In this document: positions 30,739-41,322 of the stretch, in pieces | Position numbering within the stretch: the first letter of the stretch is position 1 | Layout of the letters: the number at the start of each line of letters is the position of its first letter | DNA from: Candidatus Latescibacterota bacterium | Lineage (GTDB): Bacteria; Latescibacterota; CBDEFO01 | Direction: 5' to 3' | Assembly: GCA_965248755.1 (NCBI GenBank) | Contig: OZ252149.1 | Span: 1,024,001 to 1,088,000 of the forward strand | Length of the DNA: 64,000 nucleotides | Made by a program: the position numbers and the translations under genes | Notes under the pieces: generated by a model | Seen by the model: only the letters and a program-made list of their open reading frames with translations | Database searches by the model: none | Told to the model about the DNA's origin: nothing

Positions 30739-32419
30739 AAAAGAAAATGTGGCAAATTCTTAAGAAATACGATCTTTTCGAACCACAGGAGGATTTGACG
30801 CTGAAAGTTTAAGATCTTAAGGAATCGTTGGGGGGCTATTTCGTAGTTTCAGGAAGGTGCGAAGAAAACATCAACGATCAGTGTACACCGGATCTTCGGT
30901 CTCTGCGGAACGCGCATCTGACGGCTGCTGATAATCTTCGTGGATTCCGGCTATCTTCAGATCAGCGTGCTGTTGGATCCAATCGGGATATTCCAAGTAG
31001 GGATCGTTGCAAACGAGCCACGGGTCTCTGAAGAATATCTCGTTGTTACCAAACTTAACTGTGACCACCTTTCCATCTATCAACAACAGATCTACTCTCT
31101 CGGATTTTGTGGCATGATGTACTTCCCGACCGCTTCGTATCCTAATGCTCCTATATTGAACCTTAAGTACATAATCTCCGGGCTTAAGGCCTTTGAACAT
31201 AATACCGTTGCTGGTATCTGGAATCTCAGAGACATCTAACTTTACGCCATTCAGATAGACGGAAAGCCTATCTGGCTCAATGCTCTTGTAGGAAGGCACT
31301 CTCAAAAGGGCAAGGTATGCTTCTGTGCTAGCCACCTTGTTTTTCTCTTCTCCCCCAAGCTCAGCGACTCGCGGTGTACGCTTCAACCACATGGGGATAG
31401 GTCTCGTCTTCACTATGGAAGACGGAGCGTGTGTAAGGGTGTAGACGATAAGGTTCACGCCGAACTGGAGATATCTCTCGCCACGGGCACGCAAGATACC
31501 GGCTGCGCTTAAGAGAACTGCAAGCCTGTCATCTATCCAGACTCCTTCCAGATAATCATTCGTATAGTTGGGCCTCGGGATCGGTGGACCGTCTTCAAAG
31601 TCGTAGAAGGCATGAAAGAGGGGATGAGCGTTAGAAATTCTTCGGAATTCAGGCTCCCTGCCCAGCGAGTCCCTCAAGGCCTCTTTGAGATATATCTTCA
31701 TCTGTCTGATAGATTGACTCTGTTCGAATCCTCCGCTCGAATCTACAAAGAGCGTGCCGCCGCCTCTGAGGTAGATACCCAAGTTCTCAATCTCAAATTG
31801 ATTCAACAGGACTGAGCTGCCACCCATATATATAAGCGGAGCCGAAAAGATAGAACGGGAACTCAGCCGAATGGTGACATCCTTTATCTCCGTGCCGATA
31901 ATTGTGTAGTCCCTCACATAGCGCAGGAGGTTATCGACTGTTACGTTCGTAAAGGATGGTCTTCCCCATTGATTTCTAAAGTGGACGAAAGCCATCTTGA
32001 AGTAACCTGTTATGTTCCTCTTGTTATCAGGGTCGCGTAGGATTGTGGCGTCGTACTTTTCGTACTGTAAACGCAGATCATCTATACGAAAGAGTTCAAA
32101 TTCCTCCTGTGAGGGCAGATCGTAGGGAGTAGTTATGTCCGATGCAGATAAGATCTCCTCCTTTTCCAATTTAATGATCCCTGTTTTTGAGCCTGCGGGC
32201 TCTTCAAGACTCTCAGGAAAAGTAGCTCTCAACGCACTTTTCCGAAGTTCATCCACCCATCTGCTCGTATCATCAATAGCCGCAAATCCCTCCGGGGGGA
32301 GTTCGGGTTTGCCCTTTTTAGGGAGCATCTCCATAACCGCGCTGGGAATTTTGGGTCTTTCCGCAGGATAAAGAGGCCTTACAGGAGCAGGTCTGTAAGG
32401 TCTGAAGAACACTTTATAA

Positions 32420-34045
32420 CCCCCATTCGCCATATTAGACCCGAAAAATGGTTGTCAAAGTCGCCAGAACATGTTATATTACAATAAATAAGACTCATAA
32501 ATGGCGGATAAATATTGATCATCCAGAGGGTGAAAGAATGAAAGTAGGTTTTGATGGAGGAATAAAGCTTGAATTTCATGGTGCAAAGGTGACATCAAAC
32601 GGTGGACTTCTTGCGTATCGTGACCTTGATTACGCACTGGGATTATTTGATTCGGTATCAGCGGTTTTTACCGATAAACGCACAGGCCGTAATATCCAAC
32701 ATGATATATCTACTCTCCTGCGTCAATCGATATACAGCCGTCTTGCAGGATATGAAGATGTAAATGACGCCGAGCGATTATCCGTTGATCCCGTCATGCG
32801 AGCGATTACCGGAAAGAAGGACAAAGGCAGGCAAGCTGCCAGCTCCAACACGATAGGACGTTTTGAAACTGATATACTGACTCAGCATGACAATCTCAGA
32901 AACTTGTCAGATATCAATGGCAAGTGGGTTCAAAAAGCGATGAGTAAAACACAGCATCAACGAATCATTCTGGACATGGACAGTTCGGAGAGTCCGGTAC
33001 ATGGCCAGCAGGAAGGATCAGCTTACAACGGTCATTTCGGATGTACCTGTTTTCATCCAGTGTTCTGCTTCAATCAGTTCGGGGATTGTGAAGGAGTCCT
33101 ACTTCGCTCTGGTAATGTTCACAGTGCTGATCGTTGGAAGGAAGTTCTGGAACCGATCGTCAAGAGATACGAGAGCAAGAAGAATAGGAAATACTTTCGA
33201 GGCGATGCTGCATTCGCAAAGCCTGAGATTTATGATTATCTGGAGGGAAACGGCTATTTGTATGCCATTCGGCTTCCCGCAAATGAGATACTCTATGAAA
33301 AGATACGATACCTGCTGACTCGGCCAGTTGGACGACCGCCGAGGAAACCGATTGTATCGTTATATGAATTTCAATATAAAGCGGCCAGTTGGGATCAATC
33401 GAGGCGAGTGGTCGCCAAGGTTGAATGGCACCAAGGGGAGTTATTCCCAAGAGTGGGATTTATCGTGACCAACATGAGCGCCAAGCCAGAAGGCGTGGTA
33501 CACTTCTACAATGGCCGTGGCAGAGCTGAGCAGTGGATTAAGGAGGGCAAGTATGCTCTGAACTGGACCCGACTCTCATGCAAGCGTTTCGTCTCCAATC
33601 AGGTGAGGCTCTGGCTGTTTGTTCTGGCTTACAACTTGGGCAACTTCCTGCGACGTTTTGTTCTTCCGAAGAAAATCAAACACTGGTCACTACGCAGCCT
33701 CCTCGTGAAATTTATCAAAATCGGAGCGAAGATTGTCAGACACAGCGGATATATTACGTTTCAAATGGCTGAGGTTGGGATAGACAAGAGGTTATTTGCC
33801 GAAATATTATCCCGGATTGAACGATTGCGATGTTATTCTGTTTAAACTGCCACATTTTTTTGTGAGTCGATGGAGAGGTGTCTCTAATTGGAGGATTTAA
33901 ACACAAAGAAAGTGATAATTCAGAGGAAAATACTATTTTAATTGAAAAAAGTACTTGTTGAAAAATGTAAAAGTGGTAATATTAATTCAGAAACAAGAAT
34001 GTATCGAAATATAATCCCTCATGAATGTGATATGGGGAATGTCGG
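32420..34045 (+). mobile_element. IS1380 family element, copy 1 (1626 bp)
   Basis: Imperfect IRs CCCCCATTCGCCATAT/CCGACATTCCCCATAT; flanked by TTATAA duplication. Confidence 0.95.
32448..33845 (+). CDS. IS1380 family DDE transposase
   Basis: TSNGGLL, AGYEDVND, LDMDSSESPVHG, FRGDAAF, YNGRGRAEQWIKEGK; exact start uncertain. Confidence 0.95.
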   Translation: MVVKVARTCYITINKTHKWRINIDHPEGERMKVGFDGGIKLEFHGAKVTSNGGLLAYRDLDYALGLFDSVSAVFTDKRTGRNIQHDISTLLRQSIYSRLAGYEDVNDAERLSVDPVMRAITGKKDKGRQAASSNTIGRFETDILTQHDNLRNLSDINGKWVQKAMSKTQHQRIILDMDSSESPVHGQQEGSAYNGHFGCTCFHPVFCFNQFGDCEGVLLRSGNVHSADRWKEVLEPIVKRYESKKNRKYFRGDAAFAKPEIYDYLEGNGYLYAIRLPANEILYEKIRYLLTRPVGRPPRKPIVSLYEFQYKAASWDQSRRVVAKVEWHQGELFPRVGFIVTNMSAKPEGVVHFYNGRGRAEQWIKEGKYALNWTRLSCKRFVSNQVRLWLFVLAYNLGNFLRRFVLPKKIKHWSLRSLLVKFIKIGAKIVRHSGYITFQMAEVGIDKRLFAEILSRIERLRCYSV

Positions 34046-34482
34046 TTATAAACCTGATCCTCCCTTTCGCCTTTCAATATATAGGCGAGAAAAAACAGAA
34101 AAGAGTGTAAGATCACAGAGGTAGTAAGTGATAGTACAAGGTTCTTATGACTCTTACGGGACATATTCAAGCGTCCTGGCAAAAATTGCTTGCACCTTTA
34201 GGTTGCAATTGGTAATATTGTATAGCGAGAAATATGTCTATTTATTAGTGTAACACCCGATAGGGAGCACGGTTACTCTAATACGACATCTGTAATATAG
34301 AGCAAAACTATGCCAGAGTCAAAGCTTATTACCTCCTGAGGCCTTCAGCCATTCCAAGATGCAAAACCCCGAAGCAGTTTCATCCTGCAAGGTCGTTTCA
34401 ACGTTAATCTTGATAAAAGCAGAAAAATTTTAGGGTATCTGTGGAGGCTGTTTTGCAGTTTGGGGATGGTGAGAAGAAAAAA

Positions 34483-36147
34483 TCAGCGCTCGGCGCGTGC
34501 CGGATCTTCAGTTTCTGCGGGAGGAGCATCTGGCAGCGGTTGATAATCTTCGTAGATTCCGGCTATCTTCAGATCAGCGTGCTGTTGTACCCAATCGGGA
34601 TATTCCAAGTAGGGATCGTTGCAAACGAGCCACGGGTCTCTGAAGAATATCTCGTTGTTACCAAACTTAACTGTGACCACCTTCCCATCTATCAACAATA
34701 GATCTACTCTCTCGGACTTTGTGGCATGATGTACTTCCCGACCGCTTCGTATCCTAATGCTCCTATATTGAACCTTAAGTACATAATCTCCGGGCTTAAG
34801 GCCTTTGAACATAATACCGTTGCTGGTATCTGGAATCTCAGAGACATCTAACTTTACGCCATTCAGATAGACGGAAAGCCTATCTGGCTCAATGCTCTTG
34901 TAGGAAGGCACTCTCAAAAGGGCAAGGTATGCTTCTGGAGCAGGTAACTTGTTTTTCTCTTCTCCCCCAAGCTCAGCGACTCGCGGTGTACGCTTCACCC
35001 ACGCGGGCATAGGTCTCGTTTTAACCAGGGATGGTGGGGCGTGTGTGAGGGTGTAGACGATAAGGTTCACGCCGAACTGGAGAAATCTCTCTCCGGTGTC
35101 AGTCCAGCGAGCGGAGATACCGGCTGCGCTTAAGAGAACTGCCAGCCTGTCATCTATCCAGACTCCTTCCAGATAATCATTCGTATTGTCGGGGTTCGGG
35201 ATCGGTGGACCGTTGTCAAAGTCGTAGAAGGCATGATAGAGGGGATGAGCATTAGAAATTCTTCGGAATTCAGGCTCACTGCCCAGCGAGTCCCGCAAGG
35301 CCTCTTTCAGATACATCTTCATCTGTCTGATAAACGCACTCTGATAGAATCCTCCGCCTGAATCTACAAAGAGCGTGCCGCCGCCTCTGAGGTAGATACC
35401 CAAGTTCTCAATTTCGAACTGACTCAGCTTGACCGAGCCGCCACTCATATATATAAGCGGAGCCGAAAAGATAGAACGGGAACTCAGCCGAATGCCGACA
35501 CCCTTTATCTCCGTGCCGATATTTGTGTAGTCCCTCACATAGCGCAGTAGGTTCTCGACTCGTACGTTCGTAAAGGACAGTGTTCCTGCCTGGGTTATGA
35601 AGTGCACGACAGCCATCTTGAAGTAACCTGCAAGCTTCCTTTTGTCATCAGGGTCCCGTATGATTGTGGCGTCGTACTTTTCGTAACGCAGATCATCTAT
35701 ACTAAAGAGTTCAAATTCCTCCTGTGAGGGCAGATCGTAGGGACTAGTTATGTCACATGCCCATAACATCTCCTCTTCTTTAAATTTAATGATCCCTGTT
35801 TTTGAGCCTGAGGTCTCTTCCAGACTCTCAGGAACAGTAGCTCGCAACGCACTTTTCCGAAGTACATCCTTCCATCTGCTAGTATCATCAATGGCCGCAA
35901 TCCCCTCCGGGGGCAGTTCGGGTTTTCCCTCTTTAGGGAGCATCTCCATAACTTCTCTGGGAATTTTGGGTCTTTCCATAGGATAAAGCGGCGTTAGGGG
36001 TGCATGCCTGTAGGGTCTGAAGAACACTGTATATACCTGTTCCTCCCTTTCACCTTTCAATATATAGGCGAGAAAAAACACTAAGGAGTGTAAGATCACA
36101 GAGGCAGTAAGCGATAATACAAGGTTCTTATGGCTCTTGCGGGACAT
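34483..36147 (-). CDS. Membrane-anchored DUF4159-domain protein
   Basis: SLTASVILH anchor; YLRGGGTLFVD, HPLYHAFYDF, LEGVWIDDRLAV, FGVNLIVY. Confidence 0.8.
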   Translation of the reverse strand: MSRKSHKNLVLSLTASVILHSLVFFLAYILKGEREEQVYTVFFRPYRHAPLTPLYPMERPKIPREVMEMLPKEGKPELPPEGIAAIDDTSRWKDVLRKSALRATVPESLEETSGSKTGIIKFKEEEMLWACDITSPYDLPSQEEFELFSIDDLRYEKYDATIIRDPDDKRKLAGYFKMAVVHFITQAGTLSFTNVRVENLLRYVRDYTNIGTEIKGVGIRLSSRSIFSAPLIYMSGGSVKLSQFEIENLGIYLRGGGTLFVDSGGGFYQSAFIRQMKMYLKEALRDSLGSEPEFRRISNAHPLYHAFYDFDNGPPIPNPDNTNDYLEGVWIDDRLAVLLSAAGISARWTDTGERFLQFGVNLIVYTLTHAPPSLVKTRPMPAWVKRTPRVAELGGEEKNKLPAPEAYLALLRVPSYKSIEPDRLSVYLNGVKLDVSEIPDTSNGIMFKGLKPGDYVLKVQYRSIRIRSGREVHHATKSERVDLLLIDGKVVTVKFGNNEIFFRDPWLVCNDPYLEYPDWVQQHADLKIAGIYEDYQPLPDAPPAETEDPARAER

Positions 36148-36292
36148 ATTCAAGCGTCCTGGCAAAAATTGCTTGCACCTTCAGGTTGTGATTGGTAATA
36201 TTGTATAGCGAGAAATTTGTCTATTTATTAGTGTAACGCCCGGTAGGGAGCAAGGTTGCCCTGATCTGCTGGCTGCAATATAAAGAAAAACG

Positions 36293-38701
36293 GTGCCAAA
36301 GTCAAATCTTAGAATCCCCCTCTTTCTGTTGACGGTTCTGATCTCAGGGTGCTCTATAGTGCCCTTCTTGTCCCGGCGGGACGACGCCTACAGTTTTCTT
36401 GTAGAATCTCTGGATGATCTGGATGTGTCCGCGCTTCAGGGGAAGGTCATAGTCATAGACCCCGGACACGGAGGCAGGTTCTCAGGCGCTGTGGGCAAGA
36501 AGGACCTGAAGGAGGCAGACGTAAATTTAGGGGTGGCTTTGAAGTTAGCTCGCCTCCTCTTAGAAGGCGGGACTTACGTTGTTCTAACGAGGTACAGCAA
36601 AGGAGATCTCCTGCCGCTTGGGAGAAAAGATGTGGATACCCCCCTTTTGAAGGAAGACCTTCAGGCGCGGGTGGATATTTCCAATAACATAGAGCCCGAT
36701 CTTTTCATCTCCATACACCACAACTCCGATGCGAAGACGAATAGGGACGTCAACAATACAAAGGTCTTTTACAAGATGTCGGACGAAGGGCCATCTTTAG
36801 ACGCGGGCAGGGACATACACCGTCGTTTGGTGCAGAACTTAAGGATCACAAGCCCGGACAACAAGGTCCTCCCGGGAAATTACTTTGTTCTCAGAAATAA
36901 CAAGACCGCGGCTATTTTGGGCGAACCTTCGTATATATCGAACCCCAAGATTGAAAAGAAGCTGAAAACACAGGATGCACAGTTGCTTGAGGCGCAGAGC
37001 TATTTTCTGGGGATCCTGGACTATTTTGCACGGCAAGTCCCTCGGGTCCTTAACCTCTCTCCCCGGGATACCACCATTTCGGATGCAAGACCCACAATAG
37101 AGGGATTTGTCACAGACGGAGAAGGAGGAGCGGGGATTGACCCTCAGACAATAGTTATGACGCTGGACGGGGAAAGGATCGCACACATCTTCGATCCTCA
37201 AAGAGGGACAGTCAGCTACAGACATCCTGATAGACTCTCCAATTCTCTTCATACAATATCTTTGTCTGCAAGGAATCTGCGTGGAAATTCTTCAAATCTT
37301 GCCAGTGCAAGCTTCTACGTATCTCTTCCTCCCGCCCGGATCCACCTTTCTGTCCGACCGGAGATGGCTCCACCTGAGAGTGGAATCCCCCTTATGATAA
37401 GGGCTTTTGTAACCGATAAAGATAGGATGCCTGTCATGGATGGCACCGAGGTCGTTTTTGCTTCAACGTTGGGGAGATTTGAATTGGATACGCTCACGAC
37501 GGAGAACGGAATTGCCAGGGCGTATCTCTTTTCGTCCCGGCCGGGCGATATGCAGATAACTGCTTCGGATGGGAATATAGAAAATCACATTATTGCGAGT
37601 TTCGACTCGATCGGGGGACTTCTGGCCATAAGGGTCAAAGGGGGCTTAGATAATCGCCCGTTGAAGGGAGCAAGGATAACTGTAGACTCCGACATACCTT
37701 CAAGGAGTGAGCGACCCACCTTCTCAAATGCAGAGGGCTATCTGATCATAGAGGATTTTGAGTCGGGGATGCATCGGGTCTTCGTGGAAAAAGATGGATA
37801 CGTCCCTCAGAGTCTGAATATAAATATAGACGACGGCAAATCGTCTTTTTTGAAAGTTGAACTTTCTCCGGTATCAGGCGGAGTCCTTTGGGGTCGAAAG
37901 ATAGTGATAGACCCCGCTTTCGGAGGCGAAGAGACAGGTCCGATGGGTCTTTGGGGGACGCGGGCTTCGGACATAAATTTAGGCGTAGCGCGGTTCGTAG
38001 CGGAATATCTTAGAAAGGCAGGCGCGATAGATCATCTAACGAGGGATGGCGACAAAAGCGCGACACCTCTTCAGAGAGTTCAGGTCGCCTCGCGTGCATC
38101 TGCTGACCTTTTTATCTCAATCTCATACGAAGCTTATAGAAAGGACAATCCAGCCCGGAGTAGTCGCACCACCCGGACAGGACACTATCCCCAAAGTCCG
38201 GAGGGTAAAAGACTGGCAGAGGCTATTCAAGAGGAGGTAGTATCGGCCCTAAAAACTCAGGACGGTGGGACATATCAGGACGCAAGCTACGTGGTTCAGC
38301 AGACACCTTGCCCGGCGGTGTTGATCACGCCATCTTTCTTTTCCGACCCACAGGAAGAGCCTATCCTCATGGAGCCTTCCTGGCTTAAAAAGACGGCGTA
38401 CGCTATCTATAAAGGAGTACTGCGGCACTACGGTACACCCGATTCTTCTACTATCTCAGGTAAGATATTAGACAATCTATCCAGGCCGTTAGGGGACGCC
38501 TTAGTAGTTTTAGACGATTATCTTCCCGTTCAAACAGAAAAGGACGGGGCATTTTCATTTGGTTATATTGAGGGTGCAAGCCATAAGATCAGAGCAAGCA
38601 GAGGAGGATATAAAGGTGCTCAGGTGGAAGTAAATGTGGAGAGGGGAGAGCAAAGACACATAGAGATAAGTCTCCATCCAGAAGGAGCAGAACCCGGCTA
38701 A
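36293..38701 (+). CDS. N-acetylmuramoyl-L-alanine amidase lipoprotein with two Amidase_3 domains and Ig/CBP-like domains
   Basis: Lipobox ISGC; VIDPGHGG, E, FISIHHN, LGEPSY; degenerate second domain. Confidence 0.88.
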   Translation: MPKSNLRIPLFLLTVLISGCSIVPFLSRRDDAYSFLVESLDDLDVSALQGKVIVIDPGHGGRFSGAVGKKDLKEADVNLGVALKLARLLLEGGTYVVLTRYSKGDLLPLGRKDVDTPLLKEDLQARVDISNNIEPDLFISIHHNSDAKTNRDVNNTKVFYKMSDEGPSLDAGRDIHRRLVQNLRITSPDNKVLPGNYFVLRNNKTAAILGEPSYISNPKIEKKLKTQDAQLLEAQSYFLGILDYFARQVPRVLNLSPRDTTISDARPTIEGFVTDGEGGAGIDPQTIVMTLDGERIAHIFDPQRGTVSYRHPDRLSNSLHTISLSARNLRGNSSNLASASFYVSLPPARIHLSVRPEMAPPESGIPLMIRAFVTDKDRMPVMDGTEVVFASTLGRFELDTLTTENGIARAYLFSSRPGDMQITASDGNIENHIIASFDSIGGLLAIRVKGGLDNRPLKGARITVDSDIPSRSERPTFSNAEGYLIIEDFESGMHRVFVEKDGYVPQSLNINIDDGKSSFLKVELSPVSGGVLWGRKIVIDPAFGGEETGPMGLWGTRASDINLGVARFVAEYLRKAGAIDHLTRDGDKSATPLQRVQVASRASADLFISISYEAYRKDNPARSSRTTRTGHYPQSPEGKRLAEAIQEEVVSALKTQDGGTYQDASYVVQQTPCPAVLITPSFFSDPQEEPILMEPSWLKKTAYAIYKGVLRHYGTPDSSTISGKILDNLSRPLGDALVVLDDYLPVQTEKDGAFSFGYIEGASHKIRASRGGYKGAQVEVNVERGEQRHIEISLHPEGAEPG

Positions 38702-38819
38702 TAAGATATACAATAGAAAAAGCTTTGGTTTTTTTATATAACTTCGCTTATATTTATAATCGAGACCTCTGTGATTTTGACCTTAAGGAAGGAAAGAAAC
38801 TGTCGGTTGATCAGGGAAT

Positions 38820-39258
38820 AGATGGACCCTCGACACCGCTGATTTCCAAAACGGAATAGGCATCAAGCGCGCAAAGGCTTTAGCGTCGGTCAGCATAGAG
38901 ACCGTAGAAGATCTTCTCTATTACATCCCCCGAAGATATATAGACAGGAGTTCGATCATATCAATATCCGATCTGCCCTTCGACGAGCAGGTCACGGCGA
39001 TAGGACAGGTGGAAAAGACAACAGATTTCGGCGGTAAGGGAAGACGATTCGTCATGACCTCAGGGGACGGAACGGGCTATTTAAGCTGTGTGTAGTTTGG
39101 GGGAATCGACTACGTAAAACGGGCGTTTTAGAGCCAGTAAAGAGGCGTTTGATCTGATCGAAAGTGAACCCAGGTTGGAGAACTCCGAAAACCGGCATGT
39201 AAAAGAGATCCTTAAAGAAAGGTATATAGGGAAAATTGGGCTTGCTGAAGTGGGTTGA
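38820..39258 (+). pseudogene. recG: recG remnant (N-terminus joined to C-terminus)
   Basis: GIGIKRAKAL..IETVEDLLYYIPRRYIDRS..DGTG, TAG 39093, then a RecG-like tail EAFDLIESEPRL..AEVG. Confidence 0.7.
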
Positions 39259-39301
39259 TCAGACTTAATCGGCATATTCAAAAGGCACGGCTTTAAAGCT
39301 T

Positions 39302-39373
39302 ATGCCTAAAAAGCTTATGCCTAAAAAGCTTATGCCTAACAAGTTTATGTCTAACAAGTTTATGTCTAAGAAG
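39302..39373 (+). repeat. 15-bp tandem repeat, about 5 copies
   Basis: ATGCCTAAAAAGCTT drifting to ATGTCTAACAAGTTT. Confidence 0.9.
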
Positions 39374-40303
39374 ATTGCAGTTGTCGGCACGGTCAACAGG
39401 GATACTATACGGGCGGCAGACGGAGTTGTAACTGAAAGCTATGGTGGTCTGTTGTACAGTGTTCTGCCTTTGGCTGCCATAGCTGAGTCCGATGCCGTCA
39501 TATTTCCCCTGTGCAATCTGGGAGAGGATGCCTCCGAAAAAGTATTAGGCTTCCTAAAAAGGTGCGACTCTATTGATATAAGCGGCGTTGAAGTGGTGGC
39601 AGAAAAGAACAACCACTGTATCATACAGTACTACCAGGATGGGCATAAGGACGAAACGCTGTTGGGAGGTGTGCCTGCCCTTACGTACGAACGATTGGAG
39701 CCATTTTTGGACTGCGACGCCATCTGTTTTAACTTTATATCGGGATTTGAGATCAGCATTAATGATTTAAAGAAAGTAAAGAGATTTACTGATGCACTCA
39801 TCTTTATGGATGTTCACAGCCTTACCCTTGGGATAGACAGCAATCGCAAGAGATTTCAAAGAAAGCCCGATTCGTGGGAGGAGTGGTTTTCAGAGACAGA
39901 TGTTGTTCAGATGAACGAGGCCGAAGCGGAGCTCCTATATGGGTCAAAGATAGAGACAAAAGAGGACTTTGTAAAGTTCGGTCGGAAACTATTAAATCTT
40001 GGCTCTGATGGAGTCATAATTACGCATGGAGGTGATGGCTCAATATGTATGTATAGGGGTGTGGGGGGCAAGATGGCGTTAGAAAAGACCGATGCGTTCA
40101 AATTTGAGCAGGTCCTTGACCAGACAGGTTGTGGAGATGTATTCCTTGCAGCCTTTGCCTGGGAGTATCTCAAGACCGGGGATTTCCCGTCTGCATCGGT
40201 CTTTGCAAACAAGGCAGCGGGATCCAACTGCTGTCTGAGAGGCATCGAGGAGACATACAAGATCAGAGATTATCTGACTTTAACAACAAACGCAGGAGAG
40301 TAA
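39302..40303 (+). CDS. PfkB family carbohydrate kinase
   Basis: YGG, MNEAE, ITHGGDGS, DQTGCGDVF. Confidence 0.85.
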   Translation: MPKKLMPKKLMPNKFMSNKFMSKKIAVVGTVNRDTIRAADGVVTESYGGLLYSVLPLAAIAESDAVIFPLCNLGEDASEKVLGFLKRCDSIDISGVEVVAEKNNHCIIQYYQDGHKDETLLGGVPALTYERLEPFLDCDAICFNFISGFEISINDLKKVKRFTDALIFMDVHSLTLGIDSNRKRFQRKPDSWEEWFSETDVVQMNEAEAELLYGSKIETKEDFVKFGRKLLNLGSDGVIITHGGDGSICMYRGVGGKMALEKTDAFKFEQVLDQTGCGDVFLAAFAWEYLKTGDFPSASVFANKAAGSNCCLRGIEETYKIRDYLTLTTNAGE

Positions 40304-40344
40304 GAAAACGTAGAGCTCTCCGGCGCAGAAGGGAGTGTTTCTAT

Positions 40345-41322
40345 ATGCAGCAGTACGATTTTCCGAGGAATCCGTTCCCCTTCGAGGTGACAGCCAGTAA
40401 GATCTACATCGGATTGGCAATATTGGCGTTGATCTGGTTGGCCAGCGGGATATATATAGTCGACCCTGGTGAACAGGGGGTCGTAAGGAGGTACGGGGAG
40501 ATGGTGGATGTAGTGGATGAGGGACTGCACTGGCACTTTCCGTCCCCGATAGAGACAGTGGATACGCCGACTGTGGACCGCATCAGGAGGATCGAGGTAG
40601 GCTTCAGGACAATTGCCCAAGGGCCTCCTGCTCGGTACCGTAATGTTCCCAGTGAGGCGGAGATGCTGACAGGCGACGAGAATATCGTAGGTATTTGGAT
40701 CGCAGTTCAGTACAGGATAAAGGACGCAGCGAACTATCTGTTCAAGATCAAGAATCCTGAGATTACGATAAAGGTCGCGGCTGAGGCGGCGCTGAGGCAG
40801 GTGGTAGGGAATCACAGAATTGACGAGGCGCTCACAGAGGGGAAAGCCATGATTCAGACGGAGACCGAACAGGAGCTCCAGAAGATCCTGGACATATACG
40901 AGTCAGGCATAGCGGTAGTAACCGTGAAGCTCCAGGAGGTGTTCGTCCCCAAAGAGGTAGATCAGGCGTTTAAAGATGTTGCTTCGGCAAGGGAGGACAG
41001 GGAGCGGCTAAAAAGAGAAGCCGAGGGCTACCAGAACGATGTCATCCCTAAAGCGAGAGGAAATGCAGAAAAGCTGATCAAGGGATCCGAAGCCTACAAA
41101 GTGGAGAGGGTAAACAGAGCCCAGGGCGACGCCCACAGATTCCTTCAGGTTCTGGCAGAGTACAAGAAGGCCAAAAAGGTCACAAAGACCAGATTGTATT
41201 TAGAGACTATGGAGAAGGTGCTCCCCGGCCTCCAGAAGTACGTGATTAAGGCGGAGGGAAATAGCGGAATTTTGAACGTTCTGCCGTTGGAAAGAGCAAT
41301 AGGAAAAGGAGGAGGAAGATGA
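40345..41322 (+). CDS. hflK: FtsH modulator HflK
   Basis: MLTGDENIV, AEAALRQVVG, NDVIPKARG, TRLYLETME. Confidence 0.93.
   Translation: MQQYDFPRNPFPFEVTASKIYIGLAILALIWLASGIYIVDPGEQGVVRRYGEMVDVVDEGLHWHFPSPIETVDTPTVDRIRRIEVGFRTIAQGPPARYRNVPSEAEMLTGDENIVGIWIAVQYRIKDAANYLFKIKNPEITIKVAAEAALRQVVGNHRIDEALTEGKAMIQTETEQELQKILDIYESGIAVVTVKLQEVFVPKEVDQAFKDVASAREDRERLKREAEGYQNDVIPKARGNAEKLIKGSEAYKVERVNRAQGDAHRFLQVLAEYKKAKKVTKTRLYLETMEKVLPGLQKYVIKAEGNSGILNVLPLERAIGKGGGR

Larger units (their letters stand above)
30871..34164 (-). pseudogene. DUF4159-domain protein paralog interrupted by IS1380
   Basis: 5' part (34046-34164) and 3' part (30871-32419) rejoin to match paralog 34483-36147. Confidence 0.85.

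Noticed and set aside
33942..34124. Short ORFs MKKVLVEK (also 59960-60160)
   Set aside because: They start within the IS end and run into unrelated flanks
30871..36258. DGR template/variable repeat pair
   Set aside because: No reverse transcriptase; differences are not adenine-restricted; whole-gene duplication explains it
13031..39095. TAG at expected Trp positions in DUF3179 and recG, suggesting stop-codon recoding
   Set aside because: Both genes have other lesions, TGG to TAG is a single transition, and TAG ends many intact genes here
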